Source: Mobula hypostoma
Lineage: Eukaryota
Assembly (NCBI RefSeq): GCF_963921235.1
Contig: NC_086097.1
Coordinates: 133,860,001-133,924,000 of the forward strand
Reading direction: 5' to 3'
Length of the DNA stretch: 64,000 nt
The translations under genes were made by a program, and so were the position numbers. Under the pieces are notes generated by a model that worked only from the letters and a program-made list of their open reading frames with translations, was not told where the DNA came from and did no database searches. Every line of letters begins with the position of its first letter. Position 1 is the first letter of the stretch. Below, piece after piece: positions 37,893 through 50,686 of this stretch.

Positions 37893-38790
37893 ACAGACAT
37901 CAGGTTCCATGACTTACTGACTCACAGACATCAGTCCCTGACTTACTGACTCACAGACATCAGTCCCCTGATTTACTGACTGACAGATATCGGTCCCCTG
38001 ACTTACTGACTCACAGACATCAGTCCCCTGACTCACAGACATCAGTCCCTGACTTACTGACTCACAGATATCGGTCCCTGACTTACTGACTGACAGATAT
38101 TGGTCCCTGACTTACTGACTGACAGACATCAGTCCCCTGACTTACTGACTGACAGATATTGGTCCCTGACTTACTGACTCACAGACATCGGTCCCTGACT
38201 TACTGACTGACAGACATCAGTCCCTGACTTACTGACTCACAGATATCGGTCCCTGACTTACTGACTGACAGATATCGGTCCCTGACTTACTGACTGACAG
38301 ACATCAGTCCCCTGACTTACTGACTGACAGATATCGGTCCCTGACTTACTGACTCACCGACATCAGTCCCTGACTTACTGACTCACAGACATCATTCCCT
38401 GAGTTACTGACTCACAGATATCGGTCCCTGACCTACTGACTGACAGATATCGGTCCCCTGACTTACTGACTCACAGACATCGGTCCCTGACTTACTGACT
38501 GACAGATATCGGTCCCCTGACTTACTGACTTACAGACATCAGTCCCCTGACTTACTGACTCACAGACATCAGTCCCCTGACTTACTGACTGACAGACATC
38601 GGGTCCCCTGACTTACTGACTGACAGACATCGGGTCCCCTGACTTACTGACTCACAGATATCGGTCCCTGACTTACTGACTCACAAACATCGGTCCCTGA
38701 TTTACTGACTCAGAGACATCAGGTCCCCTGATTTGCTGACTGACAGACTTTGGGTCCCTGACTCACTGACATTGTGCCTCTGACTTCTGG
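37890..38790. repeat. Minisatellite, 29-31-bp unit CCTGACTTACTGACT(C/G)ACAGA(C/T)ATC(A/G)GTC(C), about 30 copies
   Basis: Read directly; there are no unique spacers between units. Confidence 0.95.
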
Positions 38791-39064
38791 ACATACTAAT
38801 GGGTCCCTAACTCACCTGCTTGCAGAGTGCAATACCCTTCTCCTCTGATTTTGAGCGGTACCTGCCTGCGATCCTCATGATGCCATACATGACAAAGAGA
38901 TAGTAGAAGCCAACGTTACCAGGCCAGGATAACGACTCAGGTTGAGGTGCACTTCAGCCCAGCCCTCATACCTGCCATGATACTGAACAGGCACATTGAA
39001 GTATTGACACACACAACAAGTTCAAGGTCAATCCTGACTTCCAGTGCTGCGTGTGTGGATTTTG

Positions 39065-39630
39065 CTTGTCTTCATCAGTCAGGGCATTGAGTTCAAAAGT
39101 TAAGATGCCATATTACAGCTGAGGAAGATGTTGGGAAGTCCACTCTTGAAGCATCCTATAGCCATCCTGTAGGAAGGCTGGGATTAAGGTAGTGGGGTGC
39201 AGAAAAGATTTGCAAGGATGTTGCTGAGACTGGAGGGCCTGAGGTATGAGGAAATACTGGTTTCCCTGAAGTGAATGAGGCTGAAGGATGACCTTATAGA
39301 GCTTTATAAAATCATGAGGCGCATTGAACAGGTGGACAGTCTTCGTGATTTCCCTCGACTGGGGGGCATAGTTCAAGGTGAGAGGAGAGTGAGGAGAGTG
39401 ACTCAAAGGGAACTTGAGGGACAAGTTTTCCATGCAGAAGTTAGTAGGTATATGGAACATGCTGCCAGAGGATACAAATATAATGGTTTGAAGCCAGTTG
39501 GACAGGTACATGAATATGAAAGGCTTTGTGGGATATAGGCCAAGTGCGGATAAATAGGACAAGCTCAAGTAGGCATCTTGGTCAGAAAGGACAAGTTGCA
39601 CTCGAGGGTCTGTGTCCATGCACACCAGCC
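39065..39630 (+). mobile_element. Degenerate CR1 3' end
   Basis: MRLKDDLIELYKIMRRIEQVD and a CR1 3' UTR. Confidence 0.75.
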
Positions 39631-41259
39631 ATCATCTAACTGGATTATAGAACAGGTTCAAGGGGCTGAACGACCCTCCTTCTAACTCTTAAATGAGCAA
39701 GGTTGGGATTTCATGTCATGTGGAGGAAGGAATACCCTTTATAAATTGGTCAAAGTGTGTTACTGAGAACAAAGGGTTAAACTGTGAAGTGACAGCAGAG
39801 TGTCAGCTTAGACTGCAGTTCAAGCAAATATTTAAAAACAGGTAGGGCTTAATGAAGGTGAACTTAAATACAGGTTTGACTCCCTTTGTTACCAAGAAGA
39901 CTGTATGCATTAATACACTGCACCTGCTGCTGAGATTGGCAAGATTTCTCACAAACATGTCAATCTCACTGTCAGAATCTTGGAATTTGTTTTAGAGACT
40001 TAAGGCATTCTGTTAAATTGCTCCCATTTTCCAAAGGGTTTTGAAAGAGGTGTAGGAGCCAAAATGTATTGCTCTCTTAAGCATTTATAAGAGTTTAATG
40101 AAATTGATCAGAGACTCTTCTAACCTCCAAAATAACACTTGAGTGTTCAAGGTGGGCTTTGGTTTAATCCGACGGACAACAGCTCTGATTGCAGCTTTAA
40201 GTCGCTGTTAATTACGCTGCATTTTCTAACTACGTGGAGCAGCAGTTGAGTATGATGCAAGCTTTTACATATTTCATCAATGCCCACCCCCCCGCCACCA
40301 CTCAGCACTGCACCCCACCCCACCCCCACCCTCAGATGCCTTCTCATCACATCTCACTCCTCGCTACACAAGAAATGAAAATGACAGCCATTCGCGTGCT
40401 GGGTCCCTACCACTGTAGGTAAATCAATCCATCAAAAATTCCTCCATGAAACTTAATCATGAAAGGTCATGTTGGGGAGTGAAGAACAGATTAAATTAGC
40501 ATAGTATTAGATATGGAAAATGATTTCTGTCAAAATCATCCTTACCACAATTATAATATGTTAATTACGTATTTCATTAAGGAAGTTGATTATAGTGCAC
40601 AGATGAAATCATGCAGGATAAAGCACCTGGAAAGATGCATTGAAGCCTGAAGCCTTTTTTTTTATTCTGTCCCCACCACCCACCATCTCCCTCCCCCCCC
40701 CCATACAATGCGCACCCTCCTCCCCAACCAACCCTCACTCAGCATAGAGCCTTATCTCTGATTGTCTGTACAAGGGGAGGGAAGAGCAAAATGTAAAATT
40801 GAAACAGTATTGCAAGCTCTGTGGGAATAGAAATAACCAAAAATATGGTACTGGTGGCTATGTCTCCCGTCAATTAAGGGTGGATAATGCATTTTCAGTG
40901 CTTCCTAAACCAAGGATCAAAGGGTGAGCTTCCAAATGGACACGGGGGTGTGGGGGGGTATATAATGCGAGGTCTATATTTTTGATGGGCTACCAGGATT
41001 CTTGGGAATTCTTGCTCATTCTCTCTGAATGGCCATGTTTCACCCAAGTGTTGCTGCATGTCCTTCCAACAACTTTGTGAACGTACAGTACCAACCTGCT
41101 GCCATTCTGCTCTCTGGAACAGCAGGCAGAATCAGCGCTGCTGGTTCCACATTGACCATCCAATTGAGATCAGAAACAAAGCTCTGGCAGCAACAGCTGG
41201 TACAAACATGTCTGCAGCTCTGCTGCTGCATCATAAGTGACATGTTGTAATCCAGGCAA

Positions 41260-42230
41260 ATGGAGAGGCACATGGACAGCTGAAATGAGAGAAAGATAGA
41301 TATGCAGAGAGACAGAAGCAAAGGAATGAATGGTAGGGAAATATATTTACCCAGATTATCAGAGATATTGAAAGGGAGATGGATAGATTGACAGACAGAG
41401 TGAAAGGAAGGTGGATAGACAGATAGACAGATTAGTCAGATGGAGGATGGTTTGCTGGATGCTGCAGGGCTGCAGGCATCTTCTGTCAGGTCGAAACGCA
41501 GATCGCGGCAATATCATTGCATCTTGCAGAAAAATCCAAATGGTTGATTTAAAAGCCCTGGTTTAACCATGTGTTGCCTTGGTTGGCTGATCTTTATTTA
41601 AATATATTACCAGGCAGCCTCACTTCCAGTTTGTGAACTGTGGAGGTTATGAATGGTTCTCAGGAGAGGAACCCTGTCATTACCTGGAGAGGTCCTGTAG
41701 ATGGATTTATGGATAGAAAGAGCATGATATAGATTGTGAGACAGATTGACTGACATTGAGAGAGCAGAGATTGACGTGTAGACAGACAGAGATGAAGATC
41801 ATTAAATATTGAGAGGTAGACTCAGATGCAGACATAGATAAATATGTAAACAGACTTGCAGAGACAAAGGAAAAGAGAGACAGATAGGTAGACAGATGTA
41901 CAGATAAATGGACTGATAGATTAATTCATGGCAAGTCATCAACCTGAATCATTAACTGTGTTTTTCTCTCTCCACAGACACTGCCTGACCTGTTGAGCGT
42001 TTGCAGCATTTTGTCTGTATTTTATATTGATTGATAGGCAGACAGTTAGACACAGACATAGACAGATGATACCAGGTAGATAGAGAGATAAAGAGAAAGG
42101 GAGATAGATAGTCAGACGGATTGACAGACAGATACATTGAATGATAAGTAAGCAAGCAGATAGAGAGATAGAATGATAGGCAGATAAACGCAAGGAAAGA
42201 GAGACAGATGGAGAGCATGAATAAAAGTCA
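41260..42230. repeat. Decayed GATA/GACA purine-rich simple repeat, interrupted
   Basis: Many gataga/gacaga motifs. Confidence 0.6.
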
Positions 42231-42610
42231 ATCACAAATAAATCCCAGTTGTGAATTGAGGAGAAATCTCTTTATCCAGAGAGTAGGAGGAGAGTAAAAC
42301 TGATTCTCACGGAGACAGGTTGAGATGAACAACTGAGTTTGGTTTAAATACATAAACACACAATGAAGAAAGGATTAGAGATGGCGATGAGTGACATGGA
42401 GAGAGTAAAGAGTTAAGAAAAACACCAGCATGGAACTGCTGGACCTAATGATCTCTATGGCCCAAATAACTGCATGTTAGTACTTAACTAATCTCTCAAT
42501 ATTGACTTTGTAATTTGCACGTATTAATACAGGTACAGTTAGATACACCTAGATAAAGCATGCCTTTGTTAAGTGGATATTTTGTTACCATAGTCAATGC
42601 CACAAAACAA

Positions 42611-42650
<40 letters not shown>

Positions 42651-42842
42651 CGGATCTCCCCCTCCCCCTCCCACTTTCAAATCTCTTACTAGCTCTTCTT
42701 TCAGTTAGTCCTGACGAAGGGTCTTGGCCTGAAACGTCGACTGTACCTCTTCCTAGAGATGCTGCCTGGCCTGCTGCGTTCACCAGCAACTTTTATGTGT
42801 GTTGCTTGAAATTCCAGCACCTGCAGATCTCCTCGTGTTTGC
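42651..42842 (+). mobile_element. Solo Penelope terminal repeat inserted in a TA tract, 12-bp TSD
   Basis: Same family as the 7251 array; atatatatattt at 42639-42650 and 42843-42854. Confidence 0.88.
42707..42742 (+). ncRNA. Minimal type-I hammerhead ribozyme motif (intact)
   Basis: agtc ctgacga agggtcttggcct gaaacgtc gact, identical to array copy 1. Confidence 0.85.
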
Positions 42843-42951
42843 ATATATATATTTATATATAAAACAATCAGTGTGCATGTGTGTATGCCTGCATGTGTAT
42901 GTTTGCACATGTGTGTTCATGTACATGTGTTCATCTGCATGTCTATATATT

Positions 42952-42952
<1 letters not shown>

Positions 42953-42998
<46 letters not shown>
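42953..42998. repeat. (TG)n microsatellite
   Basis: Read directly from the sequence. Confidence 0.95.
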
Positions 42999-43000
<2 letters not shown>

Positions 43001-45420
43001 CTGAATGCTTTTTGCTTGTGTTTTCTTGATAACTGAATGATTGTCTCTGCCATTCTGAGAACTGAACCCTCTTGGAACCTATTACTATACTATGTATCTC
43101 CAAATGATACTTGTTAAAAGAAAAACAGTACCTGATCATGCAACACAGTGACTTTGACAAATGTTGCCATATATTCTGAACTGACTAAATGTTGCACCCG
43201 GACATTATATAGTTGCTATGCCAATTCTTTCATGAATTCCTCACTAAGCGTAGCAAGCAACAATTACAATGTTCACAAATGCCTCATATCTATACACTAG
43301 GATGAAGGATTGGTACACCTGTCGTCTTATACTTTCTTCCTTGCATCTGTGAATGAGAATGAGAATGTGTGTGCTCGTGTGTGTGCATGCACATGTGAGT
43401 GTGGCATAACTCTTTTTCACAGGGTGGAGGAATCAAGAACTGAAGGCATGGGGTTAAAGTGCAAAGGGAGAGGGAAGAAATTTAATAGGAAACTGAAGGA
43501 CAACTTCTTACCCAGAGATGGTTAATATATGGAATGGGCCGCTAAAGAAAGTGGTTGAGGCAGATACATTAACAACTTTTAAAATAATCTTGGACAGGTA
43601 CACGGACAGGAAAGGTTTAGAGAGATACGGGCCAAATGAAAGCAAATAAATGGACTAGTGTAGATAGGAATCTTGGTTGGTGGGGACCAGTTTGTCTGGA
43701 AGGCCTATTTTGCTGCCATTTGACTATGACTCTAAATGGCCCTTTACTGTCCCTTTGGATCTGAAGAGACAGCATACCCAACTGAAAATAACAACATTTC
43801 TCCCCTCTCCCCTTGCACTTTAAACCCATATGAAGGTCTCTCTGGGGTTTAGTTCACAGATGTTATCCAGTTCTTCCCTACAGCTTTGCACTTTCCCTCC
43901 TTAATGTCTTCCAGCCCAACATCTCTCCATGATCTCTCCATTTCTCATTTGGAGCATCTGCTCTGGAATTACTTCCATAAATGACTCTCCATGTTTTCTT
44001 CCTCCATTAACTTGCTCCTTAAAACTTCCCTCTTTAAGCACGTCTTTGACCAACCAACCAGCCAACCTGGCATGTTGCCAAATTCTAGTTTTTGAACTAC
44101 TGAAAAAAATACTCCCTAAGGAACATCACATGAAACTCTGTGCCCAAAGCAAATGGCAACCAATCAGAAGTTACATTTACATATACTTTAAGGTAGGTTG
44201 AGCATGGCTTTTATGATGTTCATACAGACTACTGACCAATCCCATGTGACTGGAGATACTCTTGCTACACTGTGTGCCCTCCTGTTGTCCTAAATTAAGA
44301 TGAGGCCTGTGGCTTGACTATTGCAGAAAAAGGTGATGCATGGAAAACAAAAGGTGAACAAGATAGCACTTTGTTAAAGAAATAACTAATCCTGAACCAA
44401 TCCATAATTGCTATGATTAATAATGTTAATTGGCTATGTCTTATGGAAACTTAAAGTCAATGCACATCATGGGTGTTTTTGTTTTAAATACCTATTTTGG
44501 CAAAAGTGAAAAACAATCCAAAAAGCTCTTAAATGGAACCAAAAAGCTCAAAAATGTTCTTAAATGGAACCAAATTTAAAAAATGATGGGAACCAATCCC
44601 ATTCTCAATGTTTAGTGAAGCATCCTTTGTGATTTTACTTTGTTCAGAGAGCTATGTACAGTAGATGTATGCTCAATAAGTTGTACCTTCTGGTTTGCTC
44701 TTTTTTTTCCTTTAGTCTTCACTGTGTGTCCTGACTGTTGACCTCGGTTAAGAGGAGGTCTATGGATAATACCACTCAGCTGTAAAGATGAGGTGGGCTG
44801 GTCACAAGTCAACAAGTCATTGTAAACAATATCGTGACTGGAATCACTGATAGCTCCAACAGAGGGCACTTTGAACCACTGCCCACATCTCCCATCAGAA
44901 AGTTGCAAATTTTAAAGAATTTAAAGGATGTTATTAAATAAAATAATAGAAGATCTCAACCGTACTGAGACAGTGTTTTGCCTGGATGTTTTACGGTTTG
45001 CTTTCTGAGGTCATTCACTGAACATACAAAATAGAAGTAGTGAGAGATCTTTCTGCCCACCAGATCTGCAACATTATTTAACAAGATCGCGGCTCATTTA
45101 CATCCTCTCTATTATCTCATTAACATCTGTTTTAAATGAACTGAGTCTCCTCCTCCCTCTGAGATTCACTGCCCTCTCTGTGAAGACACTTCTCCTCACC
45201 TCAGTCCAAAATGACCTCATCCATTTTCAATGTGAGTGTAAACTCCTGAGCCAAGGGATACTTTCTCCCTGCAAGCTCTGTCAAGCTCTGTAAAAACTTT
45301 GCAAGTTTCAGTCAGTTTCTTTCTTCTAAATTACAGAGACCTAATCTCTCCTCAACTAAAAATCTACCATGGCAGGATACAGTCTGGTGAAACTTCACTG
45401 CACTCCTTTTATACTAAGTA

Positions 45421-46075
45421 GGGAGGGAGGAGAAGATGGCCGTGCGACGCAGCACGTGCGGCCGTTCCGAATGAATATCGATTATGTGTAGCTAGGGGCT
45501 GTGCACAATCTGGATTTGATGGAGGCAGCCGTGAGAAGAGCAGAGGAACATCTGGAGTAACTTCTGAAATGCCTGCTTCGCTGCCGCTGCTACTGTGCGA
45601 TCGAGAATCTCCGGAGATGAAGGCCCCAAATCCTCGGCTTTGCATATCGCCTGTTGCCGGGGCTGGGATCGAAGCGCTCGGCAGAGATGGTGCTCAGTGC
45701 TCAGTGTCGAAGAGGTGGTCGGAGGCTTGGAGTTTTTCAGACGGACTCAGAGTCGGACTGTGGTTGGATGCTTCCAGGATGCTGCACTGGCAAGTTGGCG
45801 GTGCTGGAGGTTTACCGTCTGTGTGAGATGATGGGACTTTCGAGATACTTTGAGACTGTTACCGTGCCATGGTTTGTTCTTATTAAATTACGGTATCGCT
45901 TTGCACTGTTGTAACTATATGTTATAATTATGTGGTTTTTGTTAGTTTTCAAGTTGGTTTGTCATGTGTTTTCGTGATATCATTCTGGAAAAACATTTTA
46001 TCATTTCTTAATGCATGCATTACTAAATGACAATAAAAGGGGACTGCGTGTCCTCATAATCATAATAATAATAAA
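45421..46075 (+). mobile_element. Young CpG-rich non-autonomous retroelement (~650 bp) inserted in a CR1 relic
   Basis: Starts ggaggagaagatggccgtgcg and ends gacaataaaagg...cataatcataataataata. CR1 sequence is interrupted at 45420 and resumes near 46076. Confidence 0.7.
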
Positions 46076-48555
46076 ATATATCCTCCTTTGAAAGGAAAGC
46101 TAGAGGGCTGTCTGGAAATGCAGTGGACTTCAATTAGATCTATACTTATTTAAATAATCAATATATTAAACATTTTAAAATTACTCCCCACTGATTTAGT
46201 TAACAATAAAGATATACTTCTATTCAATTGTTCACTCCTATCTTGGGACCTCTTTTTAGCCTTGGCAAACCACTAAATCTGTCAATTTGAAACACTTTTT
46301 TGTCAATTTAGAAGATCGGTTGACATTTTCACACAACAATTATACCTCGTGAATGTGGGTTTTCTCTTGTGCAACTGAATCTTAAAACCTTCAATCCAAT
46401 GGATGGAATGGTGCCAGAAATCCAAAGATTCCAAAAATAAAACCTGGCCACCTCCGGTTTTAGCAGAGGCATGGTTAGAAGTGTTTGGCCAATCCACATA
46501 GGAAAAGAATATTTACAATGAGCCTTCACTAGAATGGGCAGTCTGGTTCTACCCACAGATGGTCAGGTTTCCCAAAACTTAGGGAATGTGATACCTGATT
46601 AAATGAAAGTCATTCCAGCATTGTTTAAAGGCCTGAGTTTTCACCAGCCTCAACAATACACCCAGTAAATCCAGCTCCATAATCCGTCTGTGCCCCCGCA
46701 ACTATGATTTCCTTTTTCCTTGGACTTTTGATAACCTGCCCAACTTGAAATCTACCCCATAATTCCTCTCCCCCACTGCATCCACTCACCTTCAGGCTGC
46801 TCCTGCCAGTTTCTGGGTCCTACACTCTAATTCATACCTATCTTTCCCCTTTACACTGCCATCCTACACGGCAAGCATCCAACCTCCCAGTAGGCCTATC
46901 ACTGGGTGAAAGTTCTATTTGCAGATCAGCTGGCAAACCCACATTCTCAGTTTCCCAACATCAACAACAGCCTTTTGAACCCCATTCCTTACCCCAGAGT
47001 CAGAACATAGAACCTACCCCACAGCCTGTCACCTCTGTTGTGACTTAATTCAATATTCAAGAAAATGCTTTGTTGCGTTTAAGATATAGCCTTTTCGTTG
47101 TCTCTTCCATCTTCCTTAAAATGCTGCTTAAGTTGGCTCTAGCCATCTCCACTGCAGATTGGAATATAAAACTACTTCTACAACACTTCTTTAAAACAAC
47201 TTCTATGATTTGAATTTAGAATCCAGAGTAAAATGGTTACAGGCTTAACAGCAGTGAGAAAAAACAATAAATTCTAATACTTATTAAACCAAAGAGCCTA
47301 CCCATACATCAAATAATGAACTGCATTGCTGTTTCCCTCACTCAATTAACTACAATATTTTAGACTTAACAGCAGAAAACTTGCATTAATATATTACTGC
47401 ATCAGTAAATGAGGCACTCTGGGGTATGGAGTGGACTAAATAAATGAAAGGAAATAGCACTAGATATGGTTTTGATTATATTCAAATACTAGAAGACACA
47501 GAGTTAAGGTGAGAGAGGTAAAGCTTAAGAGGCATATGGGGCAAGTTTTTTTTTACACACAGTGGTAAGTGCCTGGAACAGCTTTCCGGGGTAGTGATGG
47601 AAGAAGGTGCAACTGTGGTGTTTAGGAGGCTTTTGGGTAGTCACATGTAGGGAATGGAGGGTTCATTGTAGGCAGAAGAGATTTGACATCATGTTCGGTG
47701 CAGACTTTGTGGGCCAGAGGTCCCGTTCCTCTGAGGTACTGTTCCAGGTTCTATGCTCCAGAACACTGAGCATGTACAGCACAGAAACAGGCGCTTCAGC
47801 CCACAATGTTGGGCCAAACTAATTAAGTTAATGATGCCTAATTAACCTAATCCCTTCTGTCTGCTTACGATCTAGTTGCCTGCACCAGTACCCCAGACAG
47901 CGCATTCCAAGCACCTACCACGCTCTGTGCAAAATAACTGGCTCTGTGCAAAATAACTGGCCCCATGCATCTCAGAATCAGAATCAGTCAGGTTTTATAT
48001 CATTGGCATTTGTCATGAAATTTGTTGTTTTGCAGCAGCAGTACGTTGCAAAGCATAACAATTTTTAATAACTATGAATTACTACAGGACATAAATATTA
48101 AAAATTAAATTAACTATCATCTTCATCATTACGTACCGTGTCGTATGACATGGGTGATCATGGTCCTGACCATGATGGTTCTTGGCAAATTTTTCTCCAG
48201 AAGTGCTTGCCATTGCCTTCTTCTGGGCATTGTCTTTACAAGATGGGTGACCCCAGCCATTATCAATCCTCTTCAGAAACCGGCTATCTAACGTCAGTGA
48301 TCACATAACCAGGACGTGTGATATGTACCAGCTGATCATACGACCATCTGCCACCTTCTCCCATGGCTTCACTTGACCCTGATCGGGGGGGAGGGGTGGG
48401 TAAGCAGGTGCCACACCTTACTCAAAGGTTACCTGCGGGCTAGCAGAGAGAAGGAACATCTTACATCTCCTTTGGTAGAGATGTATCTCCACCTCACCAC
48501 CTTTAAGTTAAATAAGCAGTGCAAAAAGAGAGCAAAAGAAATACTAAGGTAGTGT

Positions 48556-48678
48556 GCACACACAAAATGCTGGAGGTACTTGGTGGGCCAGGCAGCATCT
48601 ATGGAAAAGAGTACAGTCGACGTTTCAGGCCGTGTGTTGCTTGGATTTCCAGCACCTGCAAATTTTCTCTTGTTTGTG
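48556..48678. mobile_element. Short foldback Penelope terminal-repeat element in a Rex1 3' fragment, 13-bp TSD with one mismatch
   Basis: actaaggtagtgt at 48543-48555 and actgaggtagtgt at 48679-48691. Confidence 0.75.
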
Positions 48679-49234
48679 ACTGAGGTAGTGTTCATGGGTT
48701 CATTATCCTGATGGTGGAAGGGAAGAAGCTATTCCTGAAACACTGAATGTGTACCTTCAGGCTTCTGGACCTCCTCCTTGTTGATGGCAATGAGAAGGGG
48801 GCATGTCATGGCTGAAAGGGGCCCTTGACAACGGATGCCTTCATCTTGAGGCATCGCTATATGGACATGTCCTTGATGCTGGGGAGGCCGTTGCCCATGA
48901 TGGAGCTGGCTAAATTTACAGCTTTCTTCAGCTTTTTCTGACTATGTGCAGTGGCCTCTCCATTTCAGATGGAGATGCAACCAGTCAGAAGCTCGCCATG
49001 GTACACATGTAGAAATTTGCGAGTTTTTGACAACATAACAAGTTTCCTTATACAGTACTCCTAATGAAATATAGCCACTGTCGTGCCCTCTTTGTAACTG
49101 CGTCAATATGCTGGGCGCAGGATAGACCTTCAGAGACGTTGACAAGCAGGCATTTGAAACTGCTCACCATTTCCATTGTTAATTCCTCAGTGAAGACTGA
49201 CACATGTTCTCCCAACTTCCCCTTCCTGGACTTT

Positions 49235-49735
49235 TCCTCTTCACCTTAAATGCATGCCCTCTAATATTAGACATCTTGACCCTGGGAGCAAGATACCTGA
49301 AGAAGTCTATCTATGCTTCTCATAATCTTATATATTTCGATGAAGTCTCCCCTCATTCTCTGCCACTCCAGAGAACACAACCCTGGTTTGTTTCCACTCT
49401 CCTTACAGCACTTGCTGTCTAATCCCAGCAGCAGCATGGTAAACCTACCCTGTACTCTCACCAAAGCCTCCACATCTTTCCTGTATTGGGATAACCAGAA
49501 CTGAATGCAATATTCCAGATGTGGCCCAACCAGCATTTTATAAAGCTGCAACATATCAACCCATTCAATTCCACACCTGATAATAAGACAACTATGCCGT
49601 GTGCCTTTTTTTCCACCTTATTGAGTTGTGTACCCACTTTCAGGAAGCTGTGGACTTGGACCCTAAGATCTCTCTGTGCATCAACGTTGCTAATGATCCT
49701 GCCATTAGCTGTGTACATTCCCTTTACATTAATAT
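49235..49735 (-). mobile_element. Degenerate CR1 3' fragment
   Basis: MLQLYKMLVGPHLEYCIQFW..RVQGRFT..RMRGDFIEIYKIM. Confidence 0.85.
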
Positions 49736-49782
49736 CCTAGTGGGAAGGTCTGTCAGTGCTGCACGGGCTGGAGGAAGGGGTT

Positions 49783-50137
49783 AGAACCACAGAACCATAG
49801 AACACTACAGCACAGAAAACAGGCCATTTGGCCCTTCTAGTCTGTGCCGAAACTTTATTCCGCTAGTCCCATTGACCCACACCCAGTCCACAACCCTCCA
49901 GACCTCTCCCATCCATGTATCTATCCAATTTGTTCTTAAAGCTTAAGAGTGAGCCCGCATTTACCACGTCAGGTGGCAGCTCGTTCCACACTCCACCACT
50001 CTCTGAGTGAAGAAGTTCCCCCTAAACCTTTCCCCTTTCACCCTAAAGCCATGTCCTCTCATATTTATCTCTCCTAATCTAAGTAGAAAGAGCCTACTCA
50101 CATTTACTCTGTCTACACCCCTCATAATTTTGTAAAA
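49783..50137 (-). mobile_element. Young CR1 3' end of the same group as 20883-23802, nested in another CR1
   Basis: agaaccacagaaccatagaacactacagcacagaaaacaggcc tail and 3' UTR closely resemble 20883-21250. Confidence 0.85.
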
Positions 50138-50686
50138 TTGAGGTTGCAGGGGAATGGGAACCAGAGTGCCAGAGAGCCAGAACAGATAGCGGAGAGGTTT
50201 TGGAGACAGATGTTGATAAGACCCTAGACAAAGTTGGGAATCAAACAGTTGAGCACAGTGCGACTAATGTTCTGAGCTGTGTATATTTCAACGCAAAAAG
50301 TATTGTGGGAAAGGTAGATGAGCTCAGAGCATGATTCAACACATGTAATTATGATATTGGAGCCATTAGTGAGACTCAGGTTGCAGGAGGGGCAGGACCG
50401 ACAGCTCAATATTATAAGGGATATAAATAGGGTAAATACAAATAGGCTATTTCCTCTGAGGTTGGGTAGGACTGCAACTGGAGGTCATCAGTTAAGGGTG
50501 AAAGGTGGAATGTTTAAGGGGAAATTCAGGGGAAACTTCTTCATTCAGAGGGCCATGAGAGTGTGGAACAAGCTGCCAGTGCAAGTGGTGCACACAAGCT
50601 CAATTTCCACATTTAAAAGAAGTTTCTATAGGTACAAGGATAGGAAGGGTATGGAGGGTTATGGTCTGGGTGCAGGTCTATGGGAC

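Noticed and set aside
37890..38790. CRISPR array (29-31-bp repeats)
   Set aside because: Units are contiguous with no unique spacers, there are no cas genes, and the context is eukaryotic.
47921..47961. 19-bp direct duplication (and a similar one at 44515-44575)
   Set aside because: Simple local slippage with no further structure.
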